DNA of 32,000 nt from an uncultured archaeon (GTDB lineage Archaea > Asgardarchaeota > Thorarchaeia > Thorarchaeales > Thorarchaeaceae). Positions 26,254 to 32,000 of the stretch are shown here, one piece after another. The stretch's first letter is position 1. Each line of letters opens with the position of its first letter. The stretch spans positions 1 to 32,000 of the forward strand of contig CAZYLT010000006.1 of the NCBI GenBank assembly GCA_964648855.1. The letters are read 5' to 3'. The position numbers and the translations under genes were made by a program. The notes beneath the pieces are model-generated. The model did not search any database, was not told the origin of the DNA, and saw only the letters and a program-made list of their open reading frames with translations.

Positions 26254-27756
26254 TTGCCATCAATGTTCTTGAAAGCATTATCACCATTTGTTCGTGTTAT
26301 GCCGGAAGTCAAGGCTCCGGATAGAGAGGTGTCCTTCCGAGAGAAGGCCATCTGGACTCTCGTGGTCTTGATTATCTTCTTGGTCATGTCACATCTACCA
26401 TTATATGGTGTTGACAGACAGGCCGGCACAGACTATCTTTGGGCTATGCGAGTTATCCTCGCGAGCACACGAGGCACCTTGATGGAGCTAGGTATCGGAC
26501 CTATAGTTACTGCAGGACTAGTGATGCAGCTCCTTTCAGGCTCAAAAATCATAGATGTGGACTATTCAAATCCAGAAGACCGTGCAAACTTCACTGGCGG
26601 TCAGAAGGTCTTAGCTATGTTCATGACTGCATTTCAGGCCATCGCTTACATCTTAGGTAATGCTTATGGAGAGCTAGATCCCACGCAGGCGGTAATTGTG
26701 TTCATGCAGCTCTTCTTTGCCGGAATCGTGGTAATCCTTATGGATGAACTCGTCCAGAAGGGGTGGGGCCTCGGTTCGGGAGTTTCCCTATTCATCATGA
26801 CAAATGTGGCTGGGCAAGTCATGTTTAGTATGCTCAATATCGTAGAAGTTGAGACAGTCGCACCTGTTGGCTATCCGGGAGATGCGACCAACCTGCCAAA
26901 GGGTATTGTCGCTGCCATGATTTCAAATCTGTTGCGCGTCTTTGGTGTTGGTGCGGAACAGTATCCAGCAGTTGATGCAGCCTGGCTCTTTGTTAGGAAT
27001 GGAGTTGACCCTGGGATACTGTCACTTATCATCACACTCGGCATATTTGGTGCTGTACTCTGGTTGGAATCGGTCAGGGTGGAGATACCGCTGCAGTATG
27101 CACGATATAGAGGAATGAAGGCGAGATATCCCATAAAACTCCTTTATACATCAAACATACCAGTGATTCTGGCCCAAGCGCTTTATGCCAATATCATCTT
27201 CTTTGGACAAATCATCAGCAATAACTTCAATCGCACTGGGACGAATGTCTTCCTCAATCTCTTCCCCGGATACTATGAAAACGTAGATGGGCGAATGGTA
27301 GCCACGGAGGGATTTGCCAAGTATATCACGCCTCCACAGGGCATTTTCAGCCTCCTCAATGAGGGAATGGAAGGTATACTACACGTTGCGTTCTATGCCG
27401 TGCTAATGGTCATTCTCTGTTGGGGCTTCGCAAAAATATGGGTGGATATCTCTGGAATAGCGCCTAGGGACGTGTCCCGGCAACTTCTAAGCTCAGGGTA
27501 CATCGTTCCTGGATTCCGTAGAAGCGAAAAGGTGCTGGAGCGGTTACTGTCCCGATACATCCCAGTAGTGGCAGGTCTAGGCGGTTTCCTTATAGGAGTA
27601 CTAGCAGCTTCAGCGGATGTACTGGGTGCCTTGGCGAGTGGAACAGGTATCCTGCTGATGGTTTCGATTATCAAGCAGTACTACGAGCAGATTGCCAAGG
27701 CACAGCTGTCCGAGATGGGCGGCGAGGGAATGGCGGGTCTCTTGGACATATTCTAG
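26254..27756 (+). CDS. secY: Protein translocase subunit SecY/Sec61alpha
   Basis: GTLMELGIGPIVTAG, KGWGLGSGVSLFI, YPIKLLYTSNIP, PGFRR and GTGILL. Confidence 0.98.
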   Translation: MPSMFLKALSPFVRVMPEVKAPDREVSFREKAIWTLVVLIIFLVMSHLPLYGVDRQAGTDYLWAMRVILASTRGTLMELGIGPIVTAGLVMQLLSGSKIIDVDYSNPEDRANFTGGQKVLAMFMTAFQAIAYILGNAYGELDPTQAVIVFMQLFFAGIVVILMDELVQKGWGLGSGVSLFIMTNVAGQVMFSMLNIVEVETVAPVGYPGDATNLPKGIVAAMISNLLRVFGVGAEQYPAVDAAWLFVRNGVDPGILSLIITLGIFGAVLWLESVRVEIPLQYARYRGMKARYPIKLLYTSNIPVILAQALYANIIFFGQIISNNFNRTGTNVFLNLFPGYYENVDGRMVATEGFAKYITPPQGIFSLLNEGMEGILHVAFYAVLMVILCWGFAKIWVDISGIAPRDVSRQLLSSGYIVPGFRRSEKVLERLLSRYIPVVAGLGGFLIGVLAASADVLGALASGTGILLMVSIIKQYYEQIAKAQLSEMGGEGMAGLLDIF

Positions 27757-27762
27757 AATACA

Positions 27763-27799
27763 GATGGGCCCTATTCTGGGCCCTCACGTTCTATTTTTC
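27763..27799 (+). terminator. Hairpin plus T tract after secY
   Basis: GGGCCC-TATTCT-GGGCCC followed by TTCTATTTTT. Confidence 0.6.
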
Positions 27800-27851
27800 C
27801 TGATTCTCTTCATTAGAGAATGGATCAACACTTGTTTGCACATGCTAGGTT

Positions 27852-29036
27852 TCATTTATGTCTATCAAGCCATTTGTTGTGGCTTCTATTCTCCAATATA
27901 TCAGCACCCAGATACTCCATGAATCTATCCAGTTCCTCTCCAAATGCCTCTGAGAATGCAGTGTCTTCTGCTATTTCATCGAATAGGTGGAGGCTACGCA
28001 CTTCTAATACCATGTCTTCTCCCCGATACCGAGGCTCGATTAGACCAACATAATCCCCATCATGTAGAATTGGCAGGCAGTAATAGCCGTAGATTCTGTC
28101 CTCTTTTTTCTTATATACTTCCCAAACATACTCGTGACCATAGATGGTTTCAAACAACGCTCGATTCCATAGCAGGGGGTCGAGCGGAGCTAAGAAGCGA
28201 ACTTTGGGGGCGGCACCTTCCGCATGATTAGCCCATAGCGATTTGTCTTCTATTGGACAATAGAGATCTCCTCTCCAACCATCAACCCTCACAGTAAACA
28301 CTCGTCCCTCTTCTACTAGTACTTCGAGCACATGCAGAACAGTTCGTACCTTTCCAATCTCATTCCACTGTTCGGGGGCTTTGGATGGCGAGACTAGTCT
28401 TGATGCCTTGACAATAAGATACGCAATCTCTACAAGTGCTTCTTCTTTACTCAGACCGGGCATCATCAGGTATTCTTTAGGAATAATCCTGTCAGGAAGT
28501 CCATAATATCTCGTTCTTCTCTCTCTATGGTGAACCATCAGCTTTCCCGCAACCCACAATCTGGTAAGCAAGGTGTTTGCAACATTGGCTACCTGTCCCC
28601 ACCCCCCTTTGGTTTTCCCCATATCTTTCAGGTCTCTGGAGCAGACTGGCTGTTTCTCAACAGCCTTCATTATGACATCAATTTCAGACGCATATTTTTC
28701 AAAGAATGGACCGTATTTCTCATGATGCCTCTCCATCTTGAATCTAAAAATCGAGTGCTTGTCCATTGGCAGAATTGACATCATTTTACAGAAATACTCG
28801 AATAAATTCCGGTTCTTGTAAAGTAAGTCTTCCAAATATTGACGTCGATAATCCTTGACTCGACTGAATAATGTAAGGTCTTGATTACATCCAGCCACAT
28901 CGATGGAGTCTATCTGCACGCAAGGATGTTTGTGGAAGTACTGCAGTACGCCTTTATGTCCCTTCGAGAGTGATTGTAATCCATGGGCCATCCATAGTAT
29001 GCGACGAGCTTCTTTTTTAGTCCTCTCAGGGTTCAT
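27852..29036 (-). CDS. YcaQ/AlkZ-family winged-helix DNA glycosylase (interstrand crosslink repair)
   Basis: VQIDSI (QxD motif), LFSRV, FLAPLDPLLWNR and YVWEVY....RIYGYY.LPIL. Confidence 0.9.
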   Translation of the reverse strand: MNPERTKKEARRILWMAHGLQSLSKGHKGVLQYFHKHPCVQIDSIDVAGCNQDLTLFSRVKDYRRQYLEDLLYKNRNLFEYFCKMMSILPMDKHSIFRFKMERHHEKYGPFFEKYASEIDVIMKAVEKQPVCSRDLKDMGKTKGGWGQVANVANTLLTRLWVAGKLMVHHRERRTRYYGLPDRIIPKEYLMMPGLSKEEALVEIAYLIVKASRLVSPSKAPEQWNEIGKVRTVLHVLEVLVEEGRVFTVRVDGWRGDLYCPIEDKSLWANHAEGAAPKVRFLAPLDPLLWNRALFETIYGHEYVWEVYKKKEDRIYGYYCLPILHDGDYVGLIEPRYRGEDMVLEVRSLHLFDEIAEDTAFSEAFGEELDRFMEYLGADILENRSHNKWLDRHK

Positions 29037-29155
29037 CTTTGTTGTTTACTGTTCTCTTCTTAACAACTTTCTGTTCAAAGAAAATAGGTTGTACAGGTAT
29101 GCCATAACCACCACTTTTTCAGTAATATAGTTGGCTTCCTAATAGAGGCAACCTT

Positions 29156-29419
29156 ATGGACCACGACAGGCAAATTCAGCTGGCCATTGATGAGTTCAAT
29201 GAGTACCGAGTGCCTGAAATTGAGGCCGAGCTGATTAAACACAAAGATGAATCATTGGTGGTTAGGTTTACAGGGAGCTTCTGTCATACCTGTGGTTTCT
29301 ATGACTACTTTGAGGATTTTAGGTTGCTTCTAGAGCATGAATTTGGAATAAAAACGGGTATAGAACACATCGAAGAAATCACTGAAGGTGCAGATGTGGA
29401 GTTCATTGTTTCAGCTTAA
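29156..29419 (+). CDS. Small archaeal hypothetical protein with CxxC
   Basis: FNEYR.PE..A and FTGSFCHTCGFYDYFEDF. Confidence 0.8.
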   Translation: MDHDRQIQLAIDEFNEYRVPEIEAELIKHKDESLVVRFTGSFCHTCGFYDYFEDFRLLLEHEFGIKTGIEHIEEITEGADVEFIVSA

Positions 29420-29593
29420 GGATTGGAATACCTCCATTGTTTTCTCCATTATGTTAGAGCCTTCTTTTTCAGTGATAATCCTCTCAAGTGTCCTGAAAAC
29501 TATAAGAATGGAGACGTGCATGATAGAGACAAAGGAGGTTTTCGTGTGAGTATTCAGATGTCACACTATGAGTTTACAGTTCCTAGAGGAGCA

Positions 29594-29680
29594 ATGGCAA
29601 GCAATTGGTGCTGGATTGCGATTGGACTTGTTGGAATTATCTTATTTTTAATCGGAGGAATAGCGTACTATCTAACATGA
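29594..29680 (+). CDS. Putative 28-aa single-TM microprotein
   Basis: SD AGAGGAG directly before ATG; MASNWCWIAIGLVGIILFLIGGIAYYLT. Confidence 0.4.
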   Translation: MASNWCWIAIGLVGIILFLIGGIAYYLT

Positions 29681-29693
29681 GATTCAGAGAGGG

Positions 29694-30239
29694 CTATTTG
29701 TACTGCTTTTCTGCATCCTCAACAACGCTCTTGTACATCTCATGAATGAAGTTTTTGTCGAATTCATATTCCTCTTCTAGCATCTCCCGCTCCTCTTTTT
29801 CGCTGAGATAGTCCATGGAGGCAGGGAAGAAGTCTTTGTCTTCCTTCTCAATATGCTGCGGATAGAAAGTCACCAGTTCGCTCAGCATTTTGATTATACG
29901 ATTAACCGCACCATCAACGCCCTTCACATAGTCTTCCTTTGCCTTGACCAATTTGCCTGTTGTATCTCTCGCCCATTCATGCTCAACTATGAGTTCCTTC
30001 ATGACCTTATCATCATGTTCTCGCATATTTACCGATTCAAGATCCCGAAAGAGAATGTCCTCCTCTTTGCCATGGTGACATTTGTCTGCATAATTCCGAA
30101 TGAAGCCAACAGCAGTTTCTATGAAGTTGGGGTCTGGTTCTCCTCCCTGTTCAAGTCGTTTCATTTCCCTATCCATAACAGAAATCATCCTCTCAATCAG
30201 TCTGTGTTCTATCATTAGTGGTCCAACAGGTTTAACCAT
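29694..30239 (-). CDS. Hemerythrin/HHE cation-binding protein
   Basis: EHRLI, HHGKEEDILF, EHEWAR and HIEKED..FFP. Confidence 0.92.
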   Translation of the reverse strand: MVKPVGPLMIEHRLIERMISVMDREMKRLEQGGEPDPNFIETAVGFIRNYADKCHHGKEEDILFRDLESVNMREHDDKVMKELIVEHEWARDTTGKLVKAKEDYVKGVDGAVNRIIKMLSELVTFYPQHIEKEDKDFFPASMDYLSEKEEREMLEEEYEFDKNFIHEMYKSVVEDAEKQYK

Positions 30240-30335
30240 AACAATCGCCTTGTTTACTATAGTTAATACCGGTATATAAGGATAAGCTCAGCTCCTGAGG
30301 GTGCACTTAATTATGTCCATTCTTCTTAAGAAAAT

Positions 30336-31172
30336 GTGAATCTTGTATCAGTTACGACAGCCCCCCTCAACATCATTATTGGGAAAGAATACTATGACCT
30401 CAGGAGCACCTTGGACTTGGTCAAAGAGATCAGGAAATCTTCTGCAGTGGATGGATTTGAATTCCAGTACCTTGCCGAGTGGGATGCTAGCACATATCCG
30501 CGGGATGATAAAACAAAATCCCATAGAAGGAGCGCATGGGAAATAAGTGAAAAATACACGGAGGACGAGATTGCTAAAATCATCCAAGATTCAGGTGTCC
30601 CTATCATTTCAGTTCACGGTAATCGTGATATAGGCATCTGTCTTTGTTCTGATGAGAAGGAGGAACGAGAAGTCGGGAAGGATATGCTCCAGGATACATT
30701 CCTCTTGGCAGATTCAATTGGAGCACGTCTTGTTGTGTTCCATCTCTGGGATACCTGGAAAGAATCTTTCAACATAGAGTACCTTCAAGAGGCCTTGGCG
30801 AAAGCATCCCAAAGATTTCCGAATGTGACTCCAACGGTAGAAAATGTCCCTACTCATCTCGAAGGTCATACTCCCTTTGACTTGGTGAGTTTGTTTGAGT
30901 TTGTGACACTTGATCTTCGCTGGGCAGTGATGTATGATGAATTTGAGAACTTCAGCGAAATAGCAGATAAAATCGCAAATGTCCACATTCGTGCCTCGCT
31001 AATAGACAGAAAATGGGCCATGACGGACTCACCCTTCACAATAGAAGATGCCCTCAACAAGATCTGTATAGACTGGGGCTATGTTGGGCCTCTGACTGTG
31101 GAACCAGAAGGAGGATTACGGCAGGCGTCTCTGAGTGATTTCAATGAGGCTTTCAAGCCATTACGAAGATAG
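30336..31172 (+). CDS. Sugar phosphate isomerase/epimerase / AP-endonuclease-2 TIM-barrel protein
   Basis: ISVH, GARLVVFH, TVEN, TLD, NVHI and GYVGPLTVE. Confidence 0.8.
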   Translation: MNLVSVTTAPLNIIIGKEYYDLRSTLDLVKEIRKSSAVDGFEFQYLAEWDASTYPRDDKTKSHRRSAWEISEKYTEDEIAKIIQDSGVPIISVHGNRDIGICLCSDEKEEREVGKDMLQDTFLLADSIGARLVVFHLWDTWKESFNIEYLQEALAKASQRFPNVTPTVENVPTHLEGHTPFDLVSLFEFVTLDLRWAVMYDEFENFSEIADKIANVHIRASLIDRKWAMTDSPFTIEDALNKICIDWGYVGPLTVEPEGGLRQASLSDFNEAFKPLRR

Positions 31173-31455
31173 CTTACGAATGCATTTCAATACGATTCCC
31201 GTTTCTTGTCATGCCATATCTCCCGAAATCCTCTGAACTCCATACACTGCCCCCTCTATACAGCAAATGCTTTTCATATACGAAGGTGACTTGGGCAGAG
31301 CCTAGTCTGAACAGATAACATAGGGTGGAGATTAATTAATCCCAAACGCACCAGAAGGATCCAAATCAGACGACGGGAATACGACCAAGAATTCAACGAT
31401 ATATAGTATACAGCAACCAAACGCTAGTACTCTATTAGGCTATATTTTTGCCGCC

Positions 31456-31722
31456 ATGATTATGAGCTTGGATGCCAATATTATGGAAAAGGAGCACTCT
31501 CTTGTAGGGATTCTTAGGCCGGTCGGTGTTCTTCCTCAATTCAGACGTCGGGGCATTGCAATGCAACTCCTCCTACTTCAACTGAGAGACCTTCTGGACA
31601 TGGGCTGCGACCTATCTTATCTTGGAAACCCGTACAACAACAAGAAAGCAATTCTAACGTATGAGAAGGTTGGATTCAGCATAATTGACAGGCAGATAGT
31701 GCTCCGGAAAGATCTTGATTGA
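31456..31722 (+). pseudogene. GNAT acetyltransferase C-terminal fragment (possibly truncated)
   Basis: VGVLPQFRRRGIA (motif A) and NKKAILTYEKVGF (motif B); only 88 aa, N-terminal strands absent. Confidence 0.6.
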
Positions 31723-31856
31723 TTAGTCGCAAAAAAATACCACTAGCCAAAGATAGTAAGTTACGAACTTGAAACTGATTGTGTTATTGTTGAAATAATA
31801 CCTTGTGCATGATTGTTTTATATGATTTATATGAACTATCAAGTCGGGATAGAATC

Positions 31857-32000
31857 ATGGCACCGATTCGGAGAGCACTTGCGTGCATTCTTGCTTTGAT
31901 TTGCTTCCTTATGGGGTCAGCCTACCTGTTTTTTCCCTTTGTCAAATCGGTCGAACTAGGTTCAGCAGACTGGATTGGCTACCTGTATCTATCCATCGGT
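31857..32000 (+). CDS. Membrane protein, N-terminal part (runs off the window)
   Basis: Open frame MAPIRRALACILALICFLMGSAYLFFPFVKSVELGSADWIGYLYLSIG. Confidence 0.55.
   Translation, partial: MAPIRRALACILALICFLMGSAYLFFPFVKSVELGSADWIGYLYLSIG

Noticed and set aside
29423-29593. N-terminal part of the 85-aa ORF
   Set aside because: TTG start and no protein-like features; only the last 28 codons look real
581-31060. Numerous short overlapping or antisense ORFs in the track (e.g. 1502-1900, 7629-8009, 8046-8498, 20451-20900, 23837-24250)
   Set aside because: They lie within well-supported genes and carry no recognisable motifs
1-32000. tRNA, rRNA, CRISPR arrays, transposases, integrases
   Set aside because: None recognised by eye

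Overview
Archaeal chromosome segment, almost certainly Asgard: it carries a eukaryote-like actin plus archaeal ribosomal genes, and the moderate GC and large beta-helix surface protein suggest Thorarchaeia (inference). Left arm: probable 5' half of the SRP (7S) RNA, an HD phosphohydrolase, and a two-gene unit of a wHTH-CARF-like regulator and a dsRBD-less RNase III (Mini-III-like) protein that is divergent from the actin gene. Then come membrane proteins, an internally deleted DUF523/DUF1722 pseudogene, a MobA-like gene, hypD, a ferredoxin and an orphan TFB-cyclin-like protein. Centre: the S10(3' part)-spc ribosomal cluster from uL22 to uL15 with its own promoter and a structured leader. Its oddities are eL32 fused to four HhH repeats, uS3 with a long acidic tail, uL18 with a Lys/Pro tail, an embedded Hsp20 and a 3-kb antisense surface-protein gene separating uL15 from secY. 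Right arm: YcaQ-like glycosylase, hemerythrin, TIM-barrel protein and fragments. Best candidate for a new system is the CRISPR-independent wHTH-CARF + RNase III (+/- HD) module next to actin. All calls come from motif recognition by eye; no searches were run.
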